A stretch of 64,000 nucleotides of DNA, taken from Lama guanicoe. Taxonomy: Eukaryota. The translations under genes and the position numbers were made by a program. Of the stretch, positions 36,170 to 49,267 are shown piece by piece. A model generated the notes under the pieces. It was not told where the DNA came from. It made no database searches and was given only the letters and a program-made list of their open reading frames with translations. Location of the stretch: NCBI GenBank assembly GCA_013239625.1, contig MU054212.1, positions 2,976,001 to 3,040,000 on the forward strand. Direction: 5' to 3'. Within the stretch, counting starts at the first letter, position 1. Each line of letters starts with the position of its first letter.

Positions 36170-38559
36170 ATGGACCATACTGAGGGGGTGAGGGAAGATA
36201 GGCTTGATTTGATGTTGAACGAGTGAGTGGAGAATTAGGAAGAAATAAAAAAAGATACAGGTAAGGGAGAAAGAAGGGCATCACAGAGCAGTGAGTGGTT
36301 CAAATGTGATACAAATAGCAATAGGGAACTCCATTAGACCCTTAAGCAAGGCAGAGGTGTAGATGAAGTGGAGGGCATGTGTCAACATCGCCGAGTGAGT
36401 GGGGACTTCTGGCTGAGGGCCTAGCAAGATAAGAAAAGAGCTTTATCTTGGAGTTTCTGACCTAATGATGCCAGCAGTCGCTGGACCAGCCAAATTGTGG
36501 TGGATTTACTATTTGCATTACAACTGAAAACACATGTCTACATCTTCAAGGCTTTGAAAATACCATGGAACATGCTGTAGAATCTTATATCCAGTAACAG
36601 GATGCAATTTCCCTATCAAGTAAAACTGCTGTTTGTTTTCTGTACTCTCTATTCTGAAGGAAATTTCACAGTTCATCAGCTGCAGTGAAGTCAGCTGAAA
36701 TGAGCAGGCCACTTACGTGAGCTATTTTCTCCCATCCCTCAAAATCCCGCTTCCCTTTCTTTTTACTTATGCTAATGTTGCTGTAGGCTCATCATGCACT
36801 TTGGTTTGGTTTGGTTTTGATGCAGTACCCCCCGATTCCAAGGACAGTGGTGAGTGTTCTCAAAGCTCTCTGGTGGAGGTGACAGTGTACCGAGATAACT
36901 GCAGCAGAGGAACATGTTCCTCCTGCCTCTGTTGGTCATGTGTTTCTGAGACCAACAAATGAGAAGTTGCTTAGAGCCCAGTTAATTTTGCTGACTTCCA
37001 CCAAGTATGCCTGATTCTCTTCTAGTGATTTTAAGAGTAATGGTTACGTAGGGTGCAACTGGGCAATTTTGTGAGAAGCCCCCTCTTCCAGAAGCAATTT
37101 AGAGATGCTCCTTCATTTTCTTCTTCTTCCCTTTTTTTTTTTTTAATTGCAGGTGACAACAGCAAGTCCCGAAATCCTGTTAGCCAATAATGTGATGTCT
37201 GCGCTGGGGGTTCAGGACTAACTATGTTACAGGGTATGTGTCACTAGCTATGAGATGAAGTTAATAGTCTCATGTTTTGAAAAATATAGACTGTTCGAGG
37301 CTGGTAGTTTTTATTTTCTCTAAAAGTAGTTTTCAATCTTGTCCCCATTTTCTTGTTTGAATTTGTTGTCTGGGGCTTGAGCGGGAGGGTAAGGGCAGGC
37401 AAGGAGAAATATGGTGGGAGGGTCCTTCCCTGGTTAGGGGCTTGGAGGATGGTTATTTAACCTGTAAGTCTGAGAGGGAAAATATTCAGAAAATGCCCAC
37501 GTGCGCATAATAGTATTTAAAGAACAAACAAATGTTTCTGGTGGCTTGTCTTTGTTATAAAATCTCGTCAGTTCATCCTTGTGACTCACAGTGAGACCTT
37601 GGGGGTTAATTTCCACCTCTTTCTAGCTGCATGACTGTGGACAGATATCTTAAACCTCCATCTGTCTCAGTTTGATAGTATCTCGTAAGTTGCAGCAAAA
37701 ATTAAATTAGATAATTATGTGGTGTGCAGTACTCGGTACGTGGGAAGTGGCCAGTGATGTCATCACCATCATGGTCATTAATCAGCCTCCTCACGTCCAT
37801 TTCCTTATCCTGGAATTCAAGGCCAAAGTCCCTCAATCTGGCTTCGTCCCTTATGTGACGTGGACTAGTAGATGCAAAGTACATAGCAGACCCTCAACAA
37901 GTTCTTGAGAAACCAGAGAATGAATCCATCAGTCATAGTGGGGTGGGTGTGCATGTCTCCTTAAAAAGAGAATTCAACCCCAATACATTGATAAGGACCT
38001 TTGATGACACACAGGCGACTGGTCACCAAAGATCTCTTGGCGTCAGGGATGTATTTATGTGTTTATTTGAAAATCCTCAGTGGAAACTGGAGAAGGAGTG
38101 CATCAAAGCCTAGCGACTCTCAGGCATCCAGGCTCTGTTGCCTTATCTCTGTCTCATCTCCCAAGTCCTGCCTGTGGAATCCGAAGGCTCAGAGGAGCCA
38201 GGGTGAACACAGTTGCCCTAAAGAATCATTAAAACGACCGTCTTTACTCTTTGCTGTTTGATTGTTTTAATAGTACTTAATTTCTTTTTTAAATAAATGT
38301 TCACCACTCTAAACTGCATTTCAGGTAAAGCATACATCACATCATTCCAGAAATCTCAGCCACCAGGACCTAGTGATCATGTGCCCTGTTTTCCGGGATC
38401 TAAGGGGAAATCTAAAATTACGAAGTGCAGACAATGTCAAGATTGTGTTCAATTTTACTGAAGTCTCTGACTTTCCACACTCTGGTCTCTAATCACCCTA
38501 TTTCCCAGGACTTCCTGGGGTGTTACCTTCTTCCTAATTGGTGCAGCCTCCTCGGTGCC

Positions 38560-38862
38560 GCTAATTACAGCAGCTCCTCCTGCTTTTAGTGACCTCTCTC
38601 CTCTCCTTGTTTAAATCCTATACATCTGTCAAGTCCTAAGACAAATTTTCTCTCTTCTTGGATATAGTTTCCTACTATTCTCTCCCTGAGTTAGAGCCGC
38701 ACAGTGCAGCAGTTAATTGTTTTGTGTGAGCTTTTTCTTCCTAAATAGGTCACAATCTCCTTGAGGGTGAAGCTTATGTTTTAGTTTCCCTTGTTTCTCA
38801 CTCGGAGCCTCTCCAAGTGATAGATACATAGTAGGTGCTGATTAAATATTTGTTGATTGATT
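38560..38862 (+). mobile_element. L2 3' end
   Basis: ctccttgaggg...acatagtaggtgctgattaaatatttgttgattga. Confidence 0.75.
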
Positions 38863-39276
38863 TCCTGCAAAGGGGTAGCTGCAAACTAACGTGAAAGCAC
38901 TGAACAAACCAAGGCAGTGATCTGAATCCCCCTTTGAGAGATACTCTTACACAGGAATGGGAAAAATTCTTCAAAGAGCCCTGTCAGCTAACGTTCTCAT
39001 TCGAATGCCCTTCTAATGAGGTACCCGGGGGGTGGGGAGGTGGGGAGTGGGCAGGGCTGCAGGAGGCGCTGTTCTCTCCTAGAGGGCGTGGGGCTGGCTG
39101 CTCAGGGCTTCCCAGGGGCACAGGGACTCTGGGGCCCCCAGCATCCGAGTGGAATGTAAATAGGAAAGGCGTTTGGAATGCTTGTATGTTTATGCCTGCA
39201 TCCAGAGTTGTGTAAGGTGCATCTCTCACCTACAGACCAGCCTAAAGAAGGGTTTAATTCTGATGACTTGCAACTA

Positions 39277-39346
39277 GAGAAGAGGGAGGGAATGGGAGAG
39301 AGAGGGAGAGAGAGGGAGAAAAAGGGAGAGAGAGAGAGAGAGAGAG
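39277..39346. repeat. (GA)-rich purine tract
   Basis: About 70 nt of almost pure G/A ending in a (GA)n run. Confidence 0.9.
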
Positions 39347-39914
39347 TCTCCTTCTCTGGGGCTGATAATATTCTCTTATATGATTGTCTGAGCTTGGCAG
39401 TGGCGAAAGGTGATTGAGAATTAGTCCTGACCACTGTACTTGGCTTCTTCACAATTTACTGAGACTTTAAAAGCTTCTTTCTGGGGCAGACCCTGAAGAC
39501 AGTGTCCCTAAGCAACTCTTTACAAGATGAAAGCTTCCAGGCTCCGAAGAAAAGGAAACGAAGGAGAGGCATCCAGCAGGACTGGGAATGAATGGATGCA
39601 GCCAGAGGGGAGCCACTTCTTCCTCGTCTCCAGAGAGAGAAGGACGTGTGTGGCTGGAGGTCTGTGTGAGCCACGTACTTTGAAGATTGATCACGGTGAG
39701 GGGCGGGGGCGCGTGCATCAGGAGAACCACTGCTATGAGCTGCTGAACACGTGCTTCTGCTAGCTCGGCGATCACACTACACGGGGAATTTGAGAATTTG
39801 AGGCAGGGGCTGATTGCCTTGTCTGAGATATTTGAACAAGTGTCTTTTAGTCATTCAGTTAAATATTCCATAAGAAGGAAAAGCCAAGCATCCTCAAGTC
39901 TGTGGAAGTCAGTA

Positions 39915-40495
39915 ATAACCCCCAACAGATGTAGACACCCACCTAAATGTCCCTTGACAGATGACTGGATAAGGAAGATGTGGTATGTATGTGTATGTGT
40001 ACACACACACACACACACAGACACACACACAATGGAATACTACTCAGCCATGAAAAAGAATGAAATAATGTCATTTGCAGCAACATGGATGGACCTAGAT
40101 AAATTTATGCTAAGTGAAGTAAGTCAAGAAAAAGACAAGTATCATATGATATCACTTATATATGGAATCTAAAATATGATACAAATGAATTTATTTATAA
40201 AACAGAAAGAGACTCACAGACATAGAAAACAAACTTATGGTTACCAAAGGGGGAAGGGGGTGGGGGAGGGATAAACTGGAAGCTTGGCATTTGCAGATAC
40301 TCACTACTATATATAAAATAGACAACAAGGTCCTACTGTAGAGCACTGGGAACTATATTCAATACCTTGTAATAGCCTATAATGAAAAAGAATATATATA
40401 TATATGTATAACTGAATCACTATGCTGTACTCAGAAACTAACACACCATTGTAAATTGACTATACTTCAATTAAAAAATAAATAAAATTTTAAAA
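39915..40495 (+). mobile_element. L1 3' end with ORF2 C-terminal remnant and internal (CA)n
   Basis: ORF 39798-40172 contains PKCPLTDDWIRKMWY...MEYYSAMKKNEIMSFAATWMDL (L1 ORF2 C-terminus), then artiodactyl-type 3'UTR and poly-A. Confidence 0.92.
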
Positions 40496-42789
40496 AGCAA
40501 AGCAAAGAAGTTCATATTTTGGCCTTGATCCTCTTATTGGCTTCATAATGAGCATAATTAATATAATTAACAGGTGAATTTATGCCTTAAAAGTGAACAA
40601 TTGTAGATCATCTTGCCATGAAGTTATAAAGAAAAAGCACCCTCTCTGTGTGTGCATGCCCGGCCACTGTAGTTTTCAGAGTGCAGCTGGAGCGTTCCTC
40701 CCCCTCTTGCCTGCTTGTGGCATGTGTGATAGAGACGAAGTCCATCTCGGAGAGCATTGCTTTATCTACAGGGCAAATCAGTTTGCAAATCCTGAAACCA
40801 AGGATTTGCCAAACTTACCCACTCAGCACAGGCATCTCTGGGAAAAGCAGGCCTCCCCCCTCAGGCGGACCCTTCCACCGGATGGCAGAGAGAGAGGGGC
40901 TGAGTCACCGTTGCCGAATGATTTCCCCCGAATTTCCCCGGGAGATGCTTTAGCCGTTCTTTCCTGGTGAGGAAGAGAGAACGTGCAGAGAGGTGACGTG
41001 TGTTGGTGCTGGAGCAGCCCCCGCTGTGTAGACGGGAGCTCAGGAAACAGGTACAGGTTACCCCCAAACACACTCACTGGTTCACCCAGGGGTCACCGAG
41101 CGCCAGTTCTGTGGCAGCCTCTGTGCTGGTTGCTCCTTCTGGGAGAACCAGCCAGGAGCAGGGAGATTCTACTGGGAAGTGGAGGTGCTGGGAGGCAAAG
41201 GTCCAGCTCTTTTGGATTCTGGCAAAATCCAAGGCCTGATATCTAAGAATGTCACACACATACACAAAAATCACCAGACACGAGGGGTGAGTGGTGGGCG
41301 TTGAGATCCAGCTTACGGACCCATGAGCTCGGAGCTGGGGTGACAGCTCAGCACCTCTGATGTGCGAAGGAAAAGCAAAGGGGAATGTTCTGGATGCTGG
41401 TCCAGAAACTGGTCTTGCTCCCTGGCTGCACATTTGTAAGAACAAGAGGTTAAATAGCTTGTCCAAGTTTGCAAAGCCAGGATTTGAACCAAGAGCCTCG
41501 AGATCCTGTGCAGGCAAGTTCTGCTCCATCCTGCCTCCATCCTGGAGCCGTATTTAGTGGATCCACTTTCACCAAGGGCTTTCCCTGTGCCGGGAGGTGG
41601 GCCAAATAGGGTGGAGTCAAGTAGGATGCCTGCTTATGGTTCAGCTCCCCAGCAGAGGGGATCACTCAGGCCGTTGTATTGGGGAAACGACATGGAGGGT
41701 CTTCTCTAGAGAGGGCCAGCATAGCCTCCTGCAGCACGCAGTTTTATATTCAGCTTGCAAAAGATTGGGTTGGCAACCCTACGCTACCTTGGTCCTCAAT
41801 TCTCAGACTTCCTTATTATGGATTGTCCTTTGAAACCATAATCAAAATCCTTCCATCAGAGGCAGGGGTCTTAAAGCAATGTGCACTATTTATGAAACAG
41901 CCAAGGGAATGTTCTTACCAAGCAAGAAGGGTTAATGAGAGCACGCTGGTGGCTTTGTCTGTAATTGCCAATATGCCAGGCTTTCTTGCTTGGGAGGTTT
42001 CTGGCTTTGCAGAAGCGGGGATGGAAATGGAGTCTCCAGTGACAATGTTTTTTCAATACGGTTCCTCTGAAAGTGTGATATATGTGATGACCACATACAA
42101 CTGGGACTACCTTGAATATGGTTTCCTCCAAGGATTCATAATGTTAAAACAGAGGCATCCGCATAAAATGAGGGGGAAGGTTCTAATCTTGGCATAGTAT
42201 AAAGGGCTTTTTTTTTTGGCATGAGCAAGTTTGTGAGAAACAGAGCGCTTATTGTTTAGCAAGTCAGGGCCCTGTGCTGGCCAGGGAAATGCTGATGAAA
42301 TAGCTACACTCCATGCAGGGCTGAGGAGCCGGTGGTCCTCATGAAAAAAGAAGGGAGCAAATGGATAAGAGTGTTTAGCCTGCCCGTCAAGACTTCCTTT
42401 CAATAGCGTGAAGGCAATGGTATGTATATGCCCGCGTGTGTGTGTTTAAAATTTGAAAAATTACAAAAACCAACAAGGAATTCTGGTGCTCCGACCGTCC
42501 CCGGCTCGATGGCACTGTTTTGCCTGCTTTGATTTATATGGTGCTGTGCAGTGTACAAAGCACCCGGACGCTCCTTCTCATCTGAGTCCCGTGACGCCGC
42601 CAGATTGTTCTACTTGAAAAACTCTGAAGGAAGTTAGGATGTTAAAACAGTGTGTTTCCAAACAGAGCATTTCTCAAGCACAGTTTTCCCTACATGATGA
42701 ACTATCTAGGATGTTGACGCTGACCTGTTATCAAACCAAATTAAGCATCATGTGTTGAGCGGCCAACCCTAAGAGAGGTCCATACCCGA

Positions 42790-42970
42790 GCACTTTGTAG
42801 GATCAGGGACCGGCTGATGCTCTGCGTGGTCATCTCTGAACCTCAGTCCAACTTGGAAAGGCGGGTGACGATGAGCCATTTCATAGATGGGAAGGGAGCC
42901 TAGACAACTTCTTGTAAGTAGCGGATCCAGGATGCAAATCCAAGCTGGGCAGACTATGCCACTCTGCCAC
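42790..42970 (-). mobile_element. MIR SINE
   Basis: ccatttcatagatgggaag...gtaagtagcggatccaggatgcaaatccaagc. Confidence 0.6.
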
Positions 42971-43070
42971 AGGGCCACCCTATTTCTCCTGCGCATGCTC
43001 ACGGGACCCTTAGAGTTCAAAGCAGTAAACTTTACACCTGGGATTTGAGACGCCTGGAGCACAAGTTAGA

Positions 43071-43100
43071 GTGTGTGTGTGTGCGTGTATGTGAGAGAGC

Positions 43101-43140
<40 letters not shown>
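43071..43140. repeat. Compound (TG)n(GA)n microsatellite
   Basis: TG run followed by a long GA run. Confidence 0.95.
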
Positions 43141-43142
<2 letters not shown>

Positions 43143-43192
43143 TGCTAATACAGACTGAGCACAGCCCTAAATCTCAAAAGATCTGTCTTTGA

Positions 43193-44125
43193 CATTTTAT
43201 TATAAAACTTGTTACACATACAGCAAAGTTGAATTTTACAGTGACTACATGTATACTCACCACCTGCATTCTGCCGTTAATATTTTACTATTACCTGTTT
43301 ACCACCTATCTGTCATCTACCTACCCGTCCCCTATTGTCTATGAGTCTGAGTTTGATGCATTTCCAAGTACACTGTAGACATCAGTATACTTCCCCCCTA
43401 CACACAAATACTTCATAACACACACCTTTAACTAAACTTTAGTGTTTGTTTACATTCTTTTCTTTTGAGGTAAGATTTACATGCTATGAAATGCCTCGGT
43501 CTTTGGCACACACTGGCTGAGTTTTGGTAAATACAGATTTCTGTGCAACCCAGCCCCCCCCCCCCACCCAGCCCCCCCCCCCCATACAATGTTACCACCC
43601 CCTCAGGAGGTCCCCTCCCACCTCCTCCTGGTCACTTCCTGCCTCCCCTCCCCCACGACGGAGACGACCACCGTTCTGATTTTCCCACCAGCGGACTCCT
43701 GGGTGTGGCCCCTTCCACGCAAGGTCATGTGTTTGAGAGTCATCCGTGTTGCTGTGCACAGCAGTCGCCTGTTCCTTCCTATAGCTGGGGGGTAGGCGTT
43801 TCCGTGTGTGGATGCGCTGTGCTTTGTTCATCCATTTTCGCACGGATGGGCTTCTCTCCGTTTTAGGGTTCCGTGAAGAAAGCTCTCCTGAGTATTCTCG
43901 TACAAGTCTTTTCATAAGTATGTTTTTGCCGCTCTTGGGTCAACGCCTGGGAGAAGCCTTGCTGGGTCCCAGGGTGGACGTGTGCTGAGTTTTATGAGCA
44001 ACTGTTCAGACCCCTTTTCAAAGCGGTTGCCCATTTATAGTTTCGCCGGCAGTGGGTGATAGCTCTGGTCGCTCCATTTCCTGGCTGCTGTTTGGTGTTG
44101 TCTGGCCTTTTAAATGCAGCCATCC
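43193..44125 (-). mobile_element. Old L1 (L1MC/L1MD-type) 3' region
   Basis: ttttattataaaac...ttttgaggtaagatttacatg...catccgtgttgctgtg...ttgctgggtc...ttttcaaagcggttg. Confidence 0.8.
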
Positions 44126-45204
44126 ATCCTGGCGGGTGTCTAGGGAGAGCAGTGAGTTGACGGCAACGATGGTGATGATGGAGTGATAGATAAGGCCTGA
44201 GCGCAAATGACAGACAATATTCCTTAGAGTTCACTGGGAAACCCATCGCTTCGGCTTCCTAGCGCCCGCCCTCCTGGTTTCTGATTGACAGTTGGAAGTG
44301 CTCAGTGCTCGGGGCAGCGCTGATTTTCAGGCTAATGCTCTCAGGACAATTAGCTCACTGAGGGCTGCTTTGTGTGCCTGGATGCTCGGCTTTAACCCTT
44401 GTGACATTTCCTAGCTTTACTTCTTTGTCAGGCTTCTCAGGCCAGATTGCGACTTCTCTTCCTCTTCAGAGTTCTCACCCAGCGAAAGGTTGATGATTTC
44501 AATGTCAAACAAGGCAGACCCCTGATAAAACGCAGAATAAACAATTTTGAAGACTTAGACCTCTCTTTTCTGTCACTGTAACTTCCTCAGCCTCTTCTGA
44601 ATCCCAGAGAACAATATGGAAAAAAAAAAAAAAAGCCAGGAATTTAGGAGAGACCCTGTCTGCACTTACTGTCCTTTCACTTGATTGGCTGCCTTGGCTT
44701 TTTGGGGGCGGCCATTTCCTCACTTGCGGATCAGCCAGGCTGAAACAAATAATATTTAAGGCTTTACGTCTTTTTGAAATTTCCAAAAGACAAACAAATG
44801 TCTTCTAAAAATATTTGTTTTGTTTAGAAGGGAAGACTTTTTTTTTTAAAGCTTTCAGGTAAAGATTCTATTTAAAATGTTTTAAAAAGTGATCCTATAC
44901 AATTTCCCACATCCCCTCCAGCACCTAAATGACACCCTTGTATATTCAGGGAAACAAGTCTCTCATTCATAGTTTGACTTCAAGGTTTCCTTAATCATGC
45001 CCCTGACCGTCCAGCTACAGCACCTTTGCTGTAGAAGGATTCTACCTGAAACGGCAGAGGTGCTGGGAGAGCTGGTTATTCGTTTTGCATTTGCTCTGGG
45101 ATCTTTTTGGACAGGTGAGGTGTTTGCACTGGATCCATTGGTTTTTTGTTGTTGGTGTTGTTCCCTAGTTAGGTCATTATTCTCTGCTATCTAGTTTTAC
45201 TTGA

Positions 45205-45410
45205 TTTTATTTTCTTGAGTTGTACTGGGCATGTAACATTATATTAGTTTCAGGTGTACAACTTAATGAATCAGTATTCGTAAGCACTGCAAAGTGATCC
45301 TCACCATAAGCCTAGTTACCATCTGTCTGTCACCAAAGTTACAAAAAATCTTTTTTTTTCTTATGATGAGAACTTTTAAGATTGACTCTCTTACCAACTT
45401 TCCCAGTTGT
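45205..45410 (-). mobile_element. L1 3' end (L1MA9-like)
   Basis: aacattatattagtttcaggtgtacaac...gatgagaacttttaagattgactctcttaccaacttt. Confidence 0.85.
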
Positions 45411-47999
45411 ATTTTAGAATTGGGTGGTGGCGGTAAAAAGAGAGGAGAGTGGGAGAAAGGATGTTTCAGATGTTGTATGGGGTTTGCAGGCAATCACTTT
45501 GGAACAGGGAGGAAGCGAGATGGGAAAAGGTGGAGAGGCTTGGCTTCAGGGGAAACAGGCAGCCCAAATCTCCGTTTAAACAAGATAAGGGTTCAAGAGA
45601 TAGAAGCTGCCGATAAAGGCGCTTTTCCTTGCACTGCTGTTAATGCCTGTAATGGACGGGAGATTTCCCCGGGTTTTCATTCCCTGCAGGGCCACAGAGG
45701 GAAAACTTCAACTGCAGACAAACCACAGTCCCCAGCCCTCTCACGCTGGAAGGTTTCAAGCACAACATTTTTGAGCAAACACACCAGGTGCCTCTCTGCG
45801 TTGTGTGGGATTTTTGGTGCTAAAGCAGAGAGCTCTGCAGATGACGCTGAAGGTCAAGTGGAGGTAGAGAAGCTGCAAAACAGCACGACGCAGCACCCAA
45901 CTGCAAGCTAATTGGGAAGGAAATGGTTTCAAACTGACAGACTGTGGCCTGAGAACCGAAATCTCATCGGGACAAAAAGGTTCGTGTCACTTAAAGGGGT
46001 AGCTTTGCCGATTTGAATCGTGCAAACAAAAGAAATGAACTCGTCCTCTGGGGTGGGAAGTTCTATTAGCAGATAATACCATCCTTGCCTTTATGCGCTG
46101 TTGTGTCACAAACCCGGAACATGTGCTGCGTGTCCTCAGGCACCCATTGGTTAATTTCCTTATTCAAAGGAAGGCAGCAACAAGAAAGCAACAGAAAAAC
46201 CCCAAGCAAATTACACACTGGGGCACAGACAGCATTAAGATGCTGTGCACAATTTTGACACGTGGGTTTTTAGAAGAAATGTGTTTGGTCTGAAATCATA
46301 CGTATGTTAAACTCCAGAGAAAGTTAAGAAGCCTACAACGGCTCTTCCGGGAACTTAAAGAAAAAAAAAATCTTTAAAGGTATCACCGTGTTGAGAACCA
46401 GGGACACTTGATAGAGTATCAGATGCTGCCCTGTAGCCACCAACAGCCATTTGGGACTCGACTTTAATCAATGTTCCAATAAAGGCTAATTTTTCCATCA
46501 TATGGATGTGGTAAAAGTTAATTATATACTTAATGATATCCTTTTGGTTTTGAAGTCCTTATAGAGTGGCTACAAGAGTAGCCTTGTACATAGTCCCCTA
46601 TATTTTATAGCTGAATTGTAATGAGCGAAATAATACAAAATAATGAATACTTTAAACGTTGTGTTCAGTTGGGTCTTCAAAAAGGAAGCTATTATGACAT
46701 GACTTTGTGGCTGACCAGGAATTGTCTGCATTTTACATTTTGCTAAGGGGAATAATGAAGCCCAGAATGGTTAAGAACTTAATTCATGTCACAGAAGTTG
46801 AGGCAGAGTTCAAACCAACCTTTTTCTCTTGTCCCAAAAGTCAATCCACGTATTCTTCTGATGGTCCTGTGTGTTTTGTGGATCATCAATGTATTTAATT
46901 CAGTATCCGTGATATCTTAATATTTAACTTTGATTTCATAACAAGTCCCTGTGTTTAAAAGAAATGAAAGTGAGCTACAGTAAGAAAATTGTAAATATAG
47001 TCATAGTTACCTCCCATGTTATGCTTCTGCCTAGAACAGCCTTTCCAGAGCAAGTTTACTACTGCTACTTAAAACAAAAAAGAAAGAAAATTTAAGTAAA
47101 AAGCATGTTGCTATTTATAATTCTTTTATAATTGAAAAGATTTCCTTTGTGATTTATGTTTATTACTTAATCACTGCTCCACAAGATTTCCCCAACTTGA
47201 GAGCATTTAGAATCAAGAAATCCCAAAGCAACGCATCATATTCATAGTGTTTTAAGGTAGCTAAGGGACTTCCCCATCCTGTCCGACGGCACGAAACACA
47301 GCTCTGGCTGGTATAAACTTACCATGCATCACCTGAGGAGCGTTCAGAAAAATACCAAGGGTTTGTGAGTGAACTTTGCTTAGATAACTATGCTTTGGGT
47401 GCCTCGTCCATGAATACTGGTATTCCCATGAGAAAGGTGAGTTACAGGACAAGCTGAGTTTTATTACACTCTGAACCCTGGGATGAGCAGCCGCTCTATA
47501 GGCAAAAAGCACGATTTGAAGGAAAATGAAAACTTACCAGCCCTAGCATTTCTCCTTACCATCTATCATAGTACCAGAAATGACCAGTGTTTGTAGCCAT
47601 TTCTTTGGTTTCAGGCTCTATGTCCAGAAGGTCCCTATTAACTACACACCTCATCAATCCATTTGCACCTTAGTGAGGATTCATTTATCAGATCGCAAGG
47701 AATGGGAGGTAGGAGGTCTAGTTTGACTGGAAAAGGGGCTGGGGAAAAGTATTTTCAGCAGGCCCTCTGTTTCTTGACTGTGCGCCTTTGTGAATGTATG
47801 TTCTGTTGCCTTAAATGCACCCTCGCTGCCATTGGATTTCAACTCTACCTCACCGTCCACTTTGAATCTTTTCTTTTTCCTGCAGTATTTTCTTCCTCTC
47901 AGAATTCCTAACATTCATTACCTGTATCATTCATTTTTGAAGTCTTGTCTTTGTTGTGGTTATTTTTTCATTGATATACATCAGCTTTACCAGGTTTGG

Positions 48000-48205
48000 T
48001 GTCAGCTGTGCTCAGGAACCAGACTAGCCATGTGACTTTGGGCACGTTACTTAACCTCTCTGTGCCCCAGGTTTTTCAGTATAAAACGAGAAGAGTAACA
48101 GCACCCATCTCACAGTGTGAGGGTTAAATGAGATGCCACATGCATGGGAAGTGGAAGAGTGAGTGCCCTGTGCATAGAAGCACTTGGTAAATATTATCTG
48201 TTAGT
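48000..48205 (+). mobile_element. MIR SINE
   Basis: gtgactttgggcacgttacttaacctctctgtgccccag...gagggttaaatgagat. Confidence 0.85.
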
Positions 48206-48389
48206 ATTTACAATTGTCAGAAATTCCTCTCTGGCTTTAGGCTAGTGGGTGGAAGCTCTAAACGAATGAAATTTCATGTGTGGCTGGCTACTATGGGTTC
48301 AGAGAGGGTCGGCTGTGACGCAGGTGTTAGGACAAATGTGTGTTGGCCATCTTGGGCTCAGGATTTCTACAAATGAGGGATGACTCCAG

Positions 48390-48565
48390 GGAAGCAGTGT
48401 GCTGGGTAAAAAGAGCCCTGGGCAGGAGGCAGGAGAGAATGGGGTTGTGCCTCTATTAGCTTGTGACTTGGTGAGGGGAAGACTTTAAGCGCCCAGGGCT
48501 CAGCTTTCTCATTTATAAAATGAGGGGCCTAAACTAAATGATCTGGAAGACCATTCTAGCTCAGA
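48390..48565 (+). mobile_element. MIR3-like SINE
   Basis: ctcagctttctcatttataaaatgaggggcctaaactaaatgatct. Confidence 0.7.
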
Positions 48566-49267
48566 AGATCTACGACTTAATGAATTGAAGCACCCAACCA
48601 GCGCTTCTGGGCCAGTGTGGGTTTCTCAGCTTCCCAGGGTGCCCCCGTGGAGGTGCGTTTTCTGGGAGGCAGATTCCCGGATCTGCGGCAGTCCACCTTA
48701 GAGCTGGCCTGCTGCGAGCCCACAGCTGTCCATTCTCACCCGGTGGTTGTTTGCTTGACTTCCAGTATTCCTCGAGGTTAAATAGGCAGCTGCCACTGTA
48801 CGAGAAGAGAAAAACCAAGGGTAAGGATGATCCCCTTCCTCCCCATTCATTTCTTTAAAGCAAAAAAATGGGAAGAATTAGCCCACTGAAATGGGCATGA
48901 AGACTTATCTGAAGTCAGAAGCAAGTTAGTGGCTGGTCTGGGACCAAAGAAGAAGTCTGCTGACACTTCGCCCCAAGACCGGCTCAGGACAAGGACAGCT
49001 TAGAGCCAGGGACACACATCACCTGCTTCTGAACCCTGCCAGGGGCTGCCCTCCGTGCACCTCCGCAGCAGGGATGGGGGAGGGCTCCACCCCCGCCCCC
49101 CACCACCAAGCGACTTCCATCCCCTGCTCTGAGCAACAGAAACAGCAGGAGCCAGCAGAGGGGCCCTTTAGAGATCCTCTTCTTGGTCCTGACCAAGAGC
49201 GGGGAGGAAGTGGAAGCTTCATCAGCATCTTGACTCATTACAACCTATTCTCTCTCTCTCTCTCTCT

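Noticed and set aside
39798..40172. 124-aa ORF
   Set aside because: L1 ORF2 C-terminal remnant with a microsatellite; not a host gene.
43543..43866. Proline-rich ORF
   Set aside because: Arises from poly-C tracts (possibly an assembly duplication of acccagccccccc) inside an old L1.
45294..45911. 205-aa ORF
   Set aside because: Starts at a non-ATG codon inside an antisense L1; no recognisable homology.
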